In this document: positions 12,031 to 20,245 of the stretch, in pieces
How the letters are laid out: each line of letters begins with the position of its first letter
How positions within the stretch are numbered: the stretch's first letter is position 1
Source: Candidatus Sericytochromatia bacterium
Lineage (GTDB): Bacteria > Cyanobacteriota > Sericytochromatia > S15B-MN24 > VGJW01
Assembly (NCBI GenBank): GCA_035286125.1
Contig: JAYKIS010000003.1
Coordinates: 6,264-70,263 of the forward strand
DNA length: 64,000 nt
Direction of reading: 5' to 3'
Notes under the pieces: generated by a model
Told to the model about the DNA's origin: nothing
What the model saw: only the letters and a program-made list of their open reading frames with translations
The model's database searches: none
Made by a program: the position numbers and the translations under genes

Positions 12031-13956
12031 ATGAGCCAGCTTTTCCTGCACGACACCCTGTTGGACGGTCTCAACCCCGCCCAACTTCAGGCCGTGACCA
12101 CGATTGACGGGCCGGTCCTCGTGATTGCCGCCCCAGGCTCGGGCAAGACCAGCGTCCTGACGCGCCGCATTGCCCGCATGGTCCGTCAGGGCATCAAGCC
12201 CGAGGCCATCCTGGCCGTCACGTTCACCCGGAAGGCTGCGGGCGAGATGGCCGAGCGTGTGGGCTTGCTGCTGGGTAACAAGGGCGTCCACGACGGCCTG
12301 ACCATCGCGACCTTCAACAGCCTCGGCATGAAGCTCATCCAGCAGCACCATACGGCGCTGAGCTACGCACGCCCGCCGCGACTGCTTCTGGAGCAAGGCC
12401 AACGCATGGTGCTGGACATGGTGCGTAAGGAGCTCCGGGCCGAGGTCTCCGCGCAGGACATGGCTGCGTTCATCTCGTGGAACAAGAGCAGGCTGGTCCC
12501 GCCGGACCAGGTGCGCAGCGTCAGTGCCGACCCGCGGGATGCCGTGCTGGCGCAGGCATATGCCAAGTATGAGGATTGGCTCCGGACGCGGGGTGTCTAT
12601 GACTTCGACGACCAGATCGTGTTGCCGGTTCGTCTGCTGGAGAAGCAACCGGACATCCGGGCAAGCGTGCAGGCCACATGGACCCACCTGCTCATCGACG
12701 AGTTCCAGGATACGAACCGTGCCCAATACCGCCTGGCGAGGCTGCTCGCGGGGGAGCGGATGAACCTCTTTGCCGTCGGGGACGATGCGCAGGGGATCTA
12801 CGGGTTCCGCGCGGCTGAGTTGGACAACCTGCTTGGCTTCGAGCGGGACTTCCCCGGCACGACGCGCATCATGATGGAGCAGAACTACCGCTCGACACCC
12901 CAGATCCTTGACTTGGCCAACCGTCTGATTCGTCACAACAGCAAGCAGATCGAGAAGACAATCCGGGCGGTCAAGCCCCCCGGGGAACCCTGGGAGCAGT
13001 GCATCTGCGGAGATTCCTTCCAGGAAGCAGAGTGGGTCGTGAGCCGCATTCAGGCCCTCGCAAGCCGTGGTCATCCGCTGGACGAGATCGCCGTCCTCTA
13101 CCGCACCCATGCGCAGGCAGGTCTCCTGATCGAGCAACTGGACCAAGCCAGGATCCCCTACTCGGCCAAACGCAGCGGGAGTTTCCTGGAGCATCCCGGC
13201 TTGCAGGAGCTGCTCGGCTACCTGCGCCTGGTCCCGCCCTCGAGCGGCATGGCCGATCTGGGCCTCGAGGCCCTGCTCAAGCGTCGCGGGGCGACGGCCG
13301 AGACCATCTCGGCCCTGACCGGCACCGCACGCATGCGCAAGACCGCCTTGCTGGACATCTGCCGGGATGCACGGTCGTGCCCGCTCCCGACGCTGGCCCA
13401 GCAGCAGGTTGTCCTCCAGACCGTCGCCATGATCGATAGTTGGCGTCGCTTCAAGGAGCCCGTCGACAAGCTGATCCTGAAGATTCTCGAGGATACTCGC
13501 CTGCGGGGCCAACTGGAGAACAGCCGCAAGGAAGAGGCACGGCAGAAGCTGGACGTGCTGTCCACGTTCCACGCGATGGCCCAGCGCTGGGCCTGCAAGT
13601 CCGCTGGCGAACTGCTGCGTCGGGTCGATGACAGCCTGAAGCCCCGCAAGCCCAAGGGTCGCCAGAAAGCCGTCCAACTGGTGACGATCCACGCGTCCAA
13701 GGGCCTCGAATGGGACACGGTCTTCCTGATGGGCCTCGAAGAGGAAACCCTGCCCTACCAGGTCGCCATCGAGGAGGGGGGCATCGCCGAGGAGCGCCGC
13801 CTCTGCTACGTCGCCGTCACCCGCGCCAAGTCCCGACTCATGCTCAGCCACAGCAACCAACGCATCCGCTTCGGTCACCGAAGGGATGCCATACCGTCCC
13901 GTTTCCTGAGCGAGATGGGCGCCGGAACCCCTGCCCCGGAGGTTCGTGAGGCATGA
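12031..13956 (+). CDS. UvrD/PcrA/Rep-family SF1 DNA helicase
   Basis: Walker A AAPGSGKT, motif II LLIDEFQDTN, motif VI VAVTRAKSRL. Start at ATG 12031 (MSQLFLHDTLLDGLNPAQLQAV). Confidence 0.85.
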   Translation: MSQLFLHDTLLDGLNPAQLQAVTTIDGPVLVIAAPGSGKTSVLTRRIARMVRQGIKPEAILAVTFTRKAAGEMAERVGLLLGNKGVHDGLTIATFNSLGMKLIQQHHTALSYARPPRLLLEQGQRMVLDMVRKELRAEVSAQDMAAFISWNKSRLVPPDQVRSVSADPRDAVLAQAYAKYEDWLRTRGVYDFDDQIVLPVRLLEKQPDIRASVQATWTHLLIDEFQDTNRAQYRLARLLAGERMNLFAVGDDAQGIYGFRAAELDNLLGFERDFPGTTRIMMEQNYRSTPQILDLANRLIRHNSKQIEKTIRAVKPPGEPWEQCICGDSFQEAEWVVSRIQALASRGHPLDEIAVLYRTHAQAGLLIEQLDQARIPYSAKRSGSFLEHPGLQELLGYLRLVPPSSGMADLGLEALLKRRGATAETISALTGTARMRKTALLDICRDARSCPLPTLAQQQVVLQTVAMIDSWRRFKEPVDKLILKILEDTRLRGQLENSRKEEARQKLDVLSTFHAMAQRWACKSAGELLRRVDDSLKPRKPKGRQKAVQLVTIHASKGLEWDTVFLMGLEEETLPYQVAIEEGGIAEERRLCYVAVTRAKSRLMLSHSNQRIRFGHRRDAIPSRFLSEMGAGTPAPEVREA

Positions 13957-14984
13957 CCCTGTTCATCGACATCGTCGCCCTGGTGGCGCTCATCGCCGTC
14001 GTCATCTGGTTCTGCGAGTTGTTCACGAATGCCATCGAATGGACCGGAAAGAAGCTGGGTCTGAACGAGGGGGCGGTCGGCAGTGTCCTGGCCGCCGTCG
14101 GCACGGCCTTGCCGGAGACGGTGGTGCCCCTGATCGCGCTCGTGGGCGGCTGGCTGGCAGGTCATCAGGCGGGCGGAGCCGTCGCCGAGGGGGCCATCTT
14201 GGGCGCACCCTTCATGCTGGCAACCTTGGCGATGTTCGTCACCGGCGTCGCCGTCATCGTCTACACGCGCAGGGGCAGGCGGACGGCCGTCATCGCGGTC
14301 AACAGCAAGGTGATGGGCCGTGACCTCACGACCTTCCTCGTGACGTTCGTGGCGGCCATCGGCGTTTCCTTCCTGCCGGTCATCCAGCTGGGCCCCGTGA
14401 CGCTCAAGCAGCTGGCAGCCCTGCCCTTCCTCGCCGCCTACGGCCTCTATGTCGCCCGCACGCTTGCGGACGAAGGCGAGATGGAGGGTGACCTCCTTCC
14501 CCTGACCTTCGATGGCAAGCGGGACGAGCCGCGCGGAGGCATCGTGGCCCTGCAGGTCATCGTCGCCCTGCTGGGCATCGTGGGGACGGCCCACTTCTTC
14601 GTCGAGCGCCTGCAGCACCTGGCCGAAATCGTGCATCTGAATCCGCTCATCCTGTCGCTGCTGATCACGCCCATTGCGACGGAGCTGCCCGAGAAGCTCA
14701 ACAGCGTCCTCTGGATCGGGGCCCGAAAGGACACCCTTGCGCTCGGGAACCTGACAGGAGCCATGGTTTTCCAGACCTGTATCCCGATGGCCGTGGGCAT
14801 GGCCTTGACACCGTGGGTGCTCAGCCCGTCGTCACTGCTCGCGGCCGGCCTGACGGTCCTCGCGTCCGGCCTGATGATCATCCAGCTTCGGGTCCGTGGG
14901 GAGTTGACGCCTGTGGTCCTGCTGGCCGGCGGAATCTTCTACCTGATGTTCGCCGCGGGCCTGTTCGCATTCCGACTGTGGTGA
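13953..14984 (+). CDS. Ca2+/cation antiporter (CaCA family)
   Basis: Two alpha-repeat signatures, GTALPE and ATELPE, about 10 TM helices, and a 4-nt ATGA overlap with the helicase stop. Confidence 0.75.
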   Translation: MTLFIDIVALVALIAVVIWFCELFTNAIEWTGKKLGLNEGAVGSVLAAVGTALPETVVPLIALVGGWLAGHQAGGAVAEGAILGAPFMLATLAMFVTGVAVIVYTRRGRRTAVIAVNSKVMGRDLTTFLVTFVAAIGVSFLPVIQLGPVTLKQLAALPFLAAYGLYVARTLADEGEMEGDLLPLTFDGKRDEPRGGIVALQVIVALLGIVGTAHFFVERLQHLAEIVHLNPLILSLLITPIATELPEKLNSVLWIGARKDTLALGNLTGAMVFQTCIPMAVGMALTPWVLSPSSLLAAGLTVLASGLMIIQLRVRGELTPVVLLAGGIFYLMFAAGLFAFRLW

Positions 14985-15013
14985 CGGTGCCTGCGTGCTA
15001 GCATGACGTGTCT

Positions 15014-15098
15014 GGAGGAGTGGCGGAGCGGTCGATCGCGCCGGTCTTGAAAACCGGAGATGGGCAACCATCCGTGGGTTCGAATCCCACCTCCTCCG
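15014..15098 (+). tRNA. tRNA-Ser (anticodon TGA)
   Basis: Acceptor GGAGGAG/CTCCTCC, anticodon loop CTTGAAA, long variable arm, T-loop GGTTCGAATCC, discriminator G. Confidence 0.85.
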
Positions 15099-15121
15099 CC
15101 TGATTGTCACGAGGTCGACGC

Positions 15122-15688
15122 ATGCCCTTCACTTTCGAGAATCTCGGCCTGCCGGGCGTGGTCCTCGCCCGGCCGCGGACGTTCGCCGACGCCCGGGGCT
15201 TCTTCAGGGAAACCTTCAAGGCTTCGGACTTTGCGGCGGCAGGTATCCCGGACACCTTCCTGCAGGACAACCTGTCCTTCTCGCGCAGGGGTACCGTGCG
15301 GGGCCTGCACTACCAGGTCGCGCCCCACGCCCAGGGCAAGCTGGTCCAATGTGTCTCCGGCCGCATCTGGGATGTTGCCGTGGACATCCGCCCCGGCAGC
15401 GCGACCTTCGGCCAGTGGGTCGCCGCAGAGTTGACGGAGGAGGGTGGCGAGGCCCTTTTCATCCCCGAGGACTTCGCCCACGGCTTCCAGGTCCTGAGCG
15501 AGACGGCCCTCGTGTCCTACAAGTGCACCAGGCAGTTCGACGGCCCCTCGGAAGGGAGCATCCGCTGGAATGATCCTGAACTTGCCGTGGCCTGGCCGCT
15601 GCCCGGGGAGGCCGTGCTCTCGGATCGCGATGGCGCAAGTCCCTTCCTGCGCGACCGGGTCCTTTCCGCCCCCTTGCCCACGACCTGA
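15122..15688 (+). CDS. rfbC: dTDP-4-dehydrorhamnose 3,5-epimerase
   Basis: MPFTFENLGLPGVVL...RGLHYQ family signature. ATG at 15122 preceded by GAGG. No rfbA, rfbB or rfbD nearby. Confidence 0.85.
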   Translation: MPFTFENLGLPGVVLARPRTFADARGFFRETFKASDFAAAGIPDTFLQDNLSFSRRGTVRGLHYQVAPHAQGKLVQCVSGRIWDVAVDIRPGSATFGQWVAAELTEEGGEALFIPEDFAHGFQVLSETALVSYKCTRQFDGPSEGSIRWNDPELAVAWPLPGEAVLSDRDGASPFLRDRVLSAPLPTT

Positions 15689-15706
15689 ATCCAGACCGAG
15701 GTAGCC

Positions 15707-16630
15707 GTGCCCCTCCCCGCCCTGTTGCTCGCTGCCGTTCCCGCCATCGCCACGCCGCCGCTCCCGCAAGAGCCCCGTGGGGGCACATCCCGGGAGGTCG
15801 AGGTCCGTGTCGAGGTCCGGGACGCCACCTCCTCGGCAGCCCCGGGAACCGTGGAAGAGGTGCGGACCACCGTGGTCACCACCGGCGCCGAAGGTCCCCG
15901 AAAGCGGCCGGGCCCCCTCGACGGCTTCTGGTTCGATCTCGAGACAGGTCCCTTGCTGATCGCCCGTAACGATGCCCAGTACGGACCGAACGACGGCACA
16001 TTCTTCACGGCGGGCGACCTGATGCAAAACAGGAACCTGCTTCCGTCCCAGCGCGTGGTCGCCGAGGCCCGGTTCTGGGACACCGAAAGCCTGATTTTCC
16101 TATATGCCCCCCTCGACCTGACGACGCGCGTGGTCCTGCCCAAGGACATCACCTTCCAGGACACGGCCTTTGCACGTGGCACCGTGGTCGATGCCCGGTA
16201 CAAGTTCGAAGGCTGGCGCCTGTCATGGCTGCATCGGGTCGCGGGAACCTGGGAAGACGGCTTCGAAGTCGGTTTGACGAACCAGATCCGCAACGCCATC
16301 GTCTCGTTTTCGGACGTTCAGGGCCTCAAGTATGACGACGAGCAGGACATTGGCTGGGTGCCGGCCCTCAAGGTCCGCTGGCGCAAGCCGTTGCCGCAGG
16401 GCATGTCCTTCGTCTGGGAGGCTGATGCCAGTTCCACCCTCGGCTTGCTGCCGGTGAAGGGGGGCCTGCTGGATACGGCCGCGACGCTTCTTATTCCGCT
16501 GCAGAGGAAGCTGGACACCTTTTTCCGCGTGCGTCTCGTCAACGGCGGGGCCACCGTGGCCGAGCGGAGGATCTTCAACGACAGCGACTTCTATGCGGGC
16601 CTCGTGGGCCTGCGGTGGCGCGTTCGGTAA
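15707..16630 (+). CDS. Secreted hypothetical protein (signal peptide, beta-rich)
   Basis: GTG start with GAGG upstream. N-terminus PLPALLLAAVPAIA is signal-like. No recognised domain. Confidence 0.4.
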   Translation: MPLPALLLAAVPAIATPPLPQEPRGGTSREVEVRVEVRDATSSAAPGTVEEVRTTVVTTGAEGPRKRPGPLDGFWFDLETGPLLIARNDAQYGPNDGTFFTAGDLMQNRNLLPSQRVVAEARFWDTESLIFLYAPLDLTTRVVLPKDITFQDTAFARGTVVDARYKFEGWRLSWLHRVAGTWEDGFEVGLTNQIRNAIVSFSDVQGLKYDDEQDIGWVPALKVRWRKPLPQGMSFVWEADASSTLGLLPVKGGLLDTAATLLIPLQRKLDTFFRVRLVNGGATVAERRIFNDSDFYAGLVGLRWRVR

Positions 16631-16765
16631 CAAGCGCAGCCCCTGACCGGCCAGAGCCCCCGGGAAACGGCGTCATGGCCTAGAATTGGGCAGTTGCCCA
16701 GCCTACTTCGCCGACGTCGTCCAGCGCGCTGGTATCCGTCGGCTTCATGGACAAGGAGTCCTGCC

Positions 16766-18247
16766 ATGTCGGCCACCCTGACCCTGCCCCAGACCCCCCT
16801 GTGGATCGATGGTGCCGCTGTGCCGGCAACGTCGGGCCAGTCGCTGACCGTCGCCAGCTCCGCAACCGAGGAACTGATCGCCGAACTTGGCGTGGCGGGC
16901 AAGGACGATGTCGACCGCGCCGTCGCGGCGGCGCGCAAGGCCTTCGGGCGGTGGGCGACGACGCCGGCGGGCAAGCGGACCCGCATCCTCAACAAGGCCG
17001 CCGACCTCATCCGCGCGCGCGCAGGGGAGCTGGCCGAGCTCGAGAGCCGCAACAACGGCAAGCCCGTCGCGCACTGCAAGGGCGAGATCCTCTCGGGTGC
17101 CGAGGTCTTCGAATTCTTCGCCGGCGCCGCAACCAAGATCAGCGGTGAGACCGTCCCCGCCATCATGCCCGGTACCCTGTCCCTGACCGTCAAGGAACCC
17201 ATCGGGGTATGCGCCCAGATCATTCCCTGGAACTACCCGTTCATGATGGCGAGCTGGAAGCTGGCTCCCGCGCTGGCCGCCGGCTGCTGCATCGTTCTGA
17301 AGCCATCCGAGCTCACGCCCCTGACCGCCATGAAGCTCGCGGAAATCCTGGCGGAAGCCGGTCTACCGGCAGGCGTGCTCAACGTCGTCCACGGTCCCGG
17401 CGAGACGGTCGGCAACTGGCTGGTCACCCATCCGGGCGTCGACAAGGTTGCCTTTACGGGTGGCACGGACACGGGCCGGGCCATCATGGCCGCTGCAGCA
17501 GGGAGGCTCAAGCGCCTGACGCTTGAACTGGGCGGCAAGTCGCCCAGCGTGGTCTTCGCCGACGTCGATGTCGAGGCTGTCGCCGCAGCCTCGGTCCATG
17601 CCATCTTCTACAGCGCCGGGCAATCCTGCGAGGCCCGCAGCCGCATTCTGGTCGAGCAGCCGATCCATGACCGCTTCGTCGAGGCCTTCGTGGCCAAGGC
17701 AAGCAAACTGGTGGTCGGCGATCCGACCCACGAGGCCACCCACGTGGGCTCGCTGATCTCCGAAGGGCACCTCGCCAAGGTGGACGGCTTCGTCCAGCGT
17801 GCGGTTGCCGCCGGAGCCACTGTCGCCCTCGGAGGCAAGCGTGCCGAGGCGCCTGCCAAAGGTCACTTCTACATGCCGACCGTCCTGACCGGCGTCACGG
17901 CAGAGCACGAGGTCTTCCAGCAGGAGGTCTTCGGGCCCGTCGTCACCATCACCCCCTTCTCCTCGGAGGCCGAGGCCCTCAAGCTGGCCAACGGCACCGA
18001 CTATGGCCTTTTCGCCTCGGTGTGGACCCGGGATCTGGCCCGAGGCCTTAGGATGGCTCAGGGCATCAGTTCGGGCGGCGTGGGCATCAACCAGCCCTTC
18101 ACCGCCTTCTCGGGCCTGCCGTTCGGCGGAACGAAGCAGTCCGGCCTCGGACGTGAACTCTCGGTCCGCAGCCTCGATGCCTACCTCGAAGAGAAGGCCA
18201 TCATGGCCAACACGACGGACAAGGTCTTCAATCCGTTCGGACTCTAG
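16766..18247 (+). CDS. NAD(P)+-dependent aldehyde dehydrogenase family protein
   Basis: ELGGKSP motif, catalytic Cys region GQSCEA, AAGGAG-like RBS before ATG 16766. Confidence 0.9.
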   Translation: MSATLTLPQTPLWIDGAAVPATSGQSLTVASSATEELIAELGVAGKDDVDRAVAAARKAFGRWATTPAGKRTRILNKAADLIRARAGELAELESRNNGKPVAHCKGEILSGAEVFEFFAGAATKISGETVPAIMPGTLSLTVKEPIGVCAQIIPWNYPFMMASWKLAPALAAGCCIVLKPSELTPLTAMKLAEILAEAGLPAGVLNVVHGPGETVGNWLVTHPGVDKVAFTGGTDTGRAIMAAAAGRLKRLTLELGGKSPSVVFADVDVEAVAAASVHAIFYSAGQSCEARSRILVEQPIHDRFVEAFVAKASKLVVGDPTHEATHVGSLISEGHLAKVDGFVQRAVAAGATVALGGKRAEAPAKGHFYMPTVLTGVTAEHEVFQQEVFGPVVTITPFSSEAEALKLANGTDYGLFASVWTRDLARGLRMAQGISSGGVGINQPFTAFSGLPFGGTKQSGLGRELSVRSLDAYLEEKAIMANTTDKVFNPFGL

Positions 18248-18255
18248 CGTGCACG

Positions 18256-18302
18256 GCCCCGACCGGACAGCATGGCGGTTGCCCGGTCGGGGCACGTTTT
18301 TT
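18256..18302 (+). terminator. Rho-independent terminator after the aldehyde dehydrogenase
   Basis: GGCCCCGACCGG...CCGGTCGGGGC hairpin followed by ACGTTTTTT. Confidence 0.6.
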
Positions 18303-18319
18303 CAATCAGGTCTTCAGGC

Positions 18320-19336
18320 ATGCGAATCTTCAATGACGTCACCGAGTTGGCCGGCCGCACCCCACTGGTGCGCCTGAACCGCGTGACGGAAGGTTGTCAC
18401 GCGACAGTGGTCGCCAAGCTCGAGAAGTACAACCCGATGCACTCCGTGAAGTGCCGGATCGGCGTGGCCATGATCGATGGTGCCGAACGGTCCGGGCTGA
18501 TACGACCGGGCCATACGACCATCGTCGAGCCGACAAGCGGCAACACGGGCCTTGCACTGGCCTACGTGGCCGCGGCAAGAGGCTACCGACTGATCGTGAC
18601 GATGCCGGAGACGGTATCGATGGAGCGTCGGACCCTGCTACTGTCCTTGGGCGCCGAGGTTGTGCTGACGCCGGGACCGCTCGGCATGCCAGAAGCCATC
18701 CGGCGCGCCGAGGAAATCTGTCAGGAGGGACCCGATCGCTGGATGCCCATGCAGTTCGCGAATCCCGACAACCCGAAAGTCCATCGGGAGACCACCGCTG
18801 AGGAAATCTGGGCGGATACGGACGGCAAGGTGGATGTCCTGGTGGGTGGCATCGGGACGGGAGGGACGCTGTCCGGGCTGTGGCAGGCCCTGGCCGGCCG
18901 GAAGACCGACCTTGGCTTCATCGGTGTCGAGCCGGTCGAGAGCGCGATCCTGTCCGGGGGCAGCCACGCGCCCCATCGGATCCAGGGGATCGGTACCGGC
19001 TTCGTACCGGAAACACTCGACCCGTCCCTGGTTGCCGCCTGGCGGGCAGGGGAACGGGGAGAGGTCATGACAGTCTCGGCGGACGACGCGATGGTCATGG
19101 CGCGTCGACTTGCCCGCGAGGAAGGCCTGCACGTCGGCATCAGCTGCGGCGCTGCAGCGGCCTGCGCCATCCGTTACGCACAGCGACCCGAGACGGCAGG
19201 CAGGTTGGTCGTCGTGATCCTGCCCGACCTGGGTGAACGCTACTTGTCCACCCTGCTTTTCGCTGAAGAGCGTGCCGCGGCCGAAGCTCTGGTCGCAAGT
19301 CCTTCCCTCGCCACGGCCCGTGCAGCCTTTCCCTGA
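18320..19336 (+). CDS. cysK: Cysteine synthase A (O-acetylserine sulfhydrylase)
   Basis: PLP lysine motif in SVKCRIG, and GNTG glycine loop. Confidence 0.9.
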   Translation: MRIFNDVTELAGRTPLVRLNRVTEGCHATVVAKLEKYNPMHSVKCRIGVAMIDGAERSGLIRPGHTTIVEPTSGNTGLALAYVAAARGYRLIVTMPETVSMERRTLLLSLGAEVVLTPGPLGMPEAIRRAEEICQEGPDRWMPMQFANPDNPKVHRETTAEEIWADTDGKVDVLVGGIGTGGTLSGLWQALAGRKTDLGFIGVEPVESAILSGGSHAPHRIQGIGTGFVPETLDPSLVAAWRAGERGEVMTVSADDAMVMARRLAREEGLHVGISCGAAAACAIRYAQRPETAGRLVVVILPDLGERYLSTLLFAEERAAAEALVASPSLATARAAFP

Positions 19337-19923
19337 TGAACGAGGATCTTTCATTCAATGAGGCCTGGCAGGACCTGAGCGAGGTGGTGGACCGGATCCT
19401 GCGCGAGGATCCCGCTGCCCGCACCCGGCTTGAAGTCTGGCTCTGCTACCCCGCGGTGCATGCCCTCGCCGGCCACCGTGTTGCGCACGCGCTCTGGGTC
19501 CGTGGCCATCGCCTGCTCGCCCGGCTGCTCTCCCAGTGGTTCCGCAACCTGACCTTGATCGAGATCCATCCGGGTGCCCGGATCGGTCGTCGCCTGTTCA
19601 TCGATCACGGCGCGGCCGTCGTCATCGGCGAAACGGCCGAGATTGGTCACGACGTCCTGATCTACCACCAGGTGACGCTCGGGGGCGTCTCGAGCGAGCG
19701 TGCCAAGCGTCACCCCACCCTTTCGGACCGGGTCGTCGTCGGTGCCGGCGCGGCTATCCTGGGGGACATCCTCGTTGGTGAGGATGCCCGCATCGGTGCC
19801 GGCAGCGTCGTCCTTCGCGACGTTCCGGCCAAGGCCCGCGTCGTCGGTATCCCCGGACGCATCACGATGCCGGTGCGCCAACCCGAGGTCGCCGAGACCT
19901 TCGAGCTCGGGGCCGGAATCTGA
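19336..19923 (+). CDS. cysE: Serine O-acetyltransferase
   Basis: Left-handed beta-helix hexapeptide repeats ([28 protein letters not shown]). Directly follows cysK. Confidence 0.9.
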   Translation: MNEDLSFNEAWQDLSEVVDRILREDPAARTRLEVWLCYPAVHALAGHRVAHALWVRGHRLLARLLSQWFRNLTLIEIHPGARIGRRLFIDHGAAVVIGETAEIGHDVLIYHQVTLGGVSSERAKRHPTLSDRVVVGAGAAILGDILVGEDARIGAGSVVLRDVPAKARVVGIPGRITMPVRQPEVAETFELGAGI

Positions 19924-19939
19924 CCCGTTCTCGGCTTTG

Positions 19940-20146
19940 CTAGCCGCGTCGGCTGAAGCCGGAGCTCCGGTTGACCTCGTCTCCCAGAGGCTTCGGCAGG
20001 GCCCGCAGGCTGAAGGGATCAGGCGACTGGGGACGCACGGCAGGCTCCGCGGCGGGACGAGCGGGCATGGATTGGCCACGGCCTGCAATCTGCTGGCTGT
20101 AGCCCCCGACAAGAGGTGCCGTAACGCCGCGACTCGGAATACGCAT
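19940..20146 (-). CDS. Small Pro/Arg-rich hypothetical protein (68 aa)
   Basis: Very strong RBS AAGGAGGAG 8 nt upstream of ATG 20146. Divergent from the P-type ATPase. No homology recognised. Confidence 0.3.
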   Translation of the reverse strand: MRIPSRGVTAPLVGGYSQQIAGRGQSMPARPAAEPAVRPQSPDPFSLRALPKPLGDEVNRSSGFSRRG

Positions 20147-20245
20147 GGACCACTCCTCCTTGGCTGTAGGCTCCATCGGCAAGGTCGGACAGGCCAACGC
20201 TAGATTTCACAAGCGCACAATCGTCCGACGGCTGGTTCGCCGACC

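Noticed and set aside
11893-13878. 661-aa minus-strand ORF
   Set aside because: Antisense to the UvrD-family helicase. No motifs. Composition artefact.
12031-13956. UvrD-like helicase as part of a defence system (Gabija- or Hachiman-like)
   Set aside because: Full set of housekeeping UvrD/PcrA motifs. Neighbours are a transporter and a small conserved hypothetical. No nuclease or ATPase partner. Consistent with a core repair helicase.
16591-17223. 210-aa minus-strand ORF and other short ORFs over the aldehyde dehydrogenase gene
   Set aside because: Antisense to a gene with a strong family match. No RBS.
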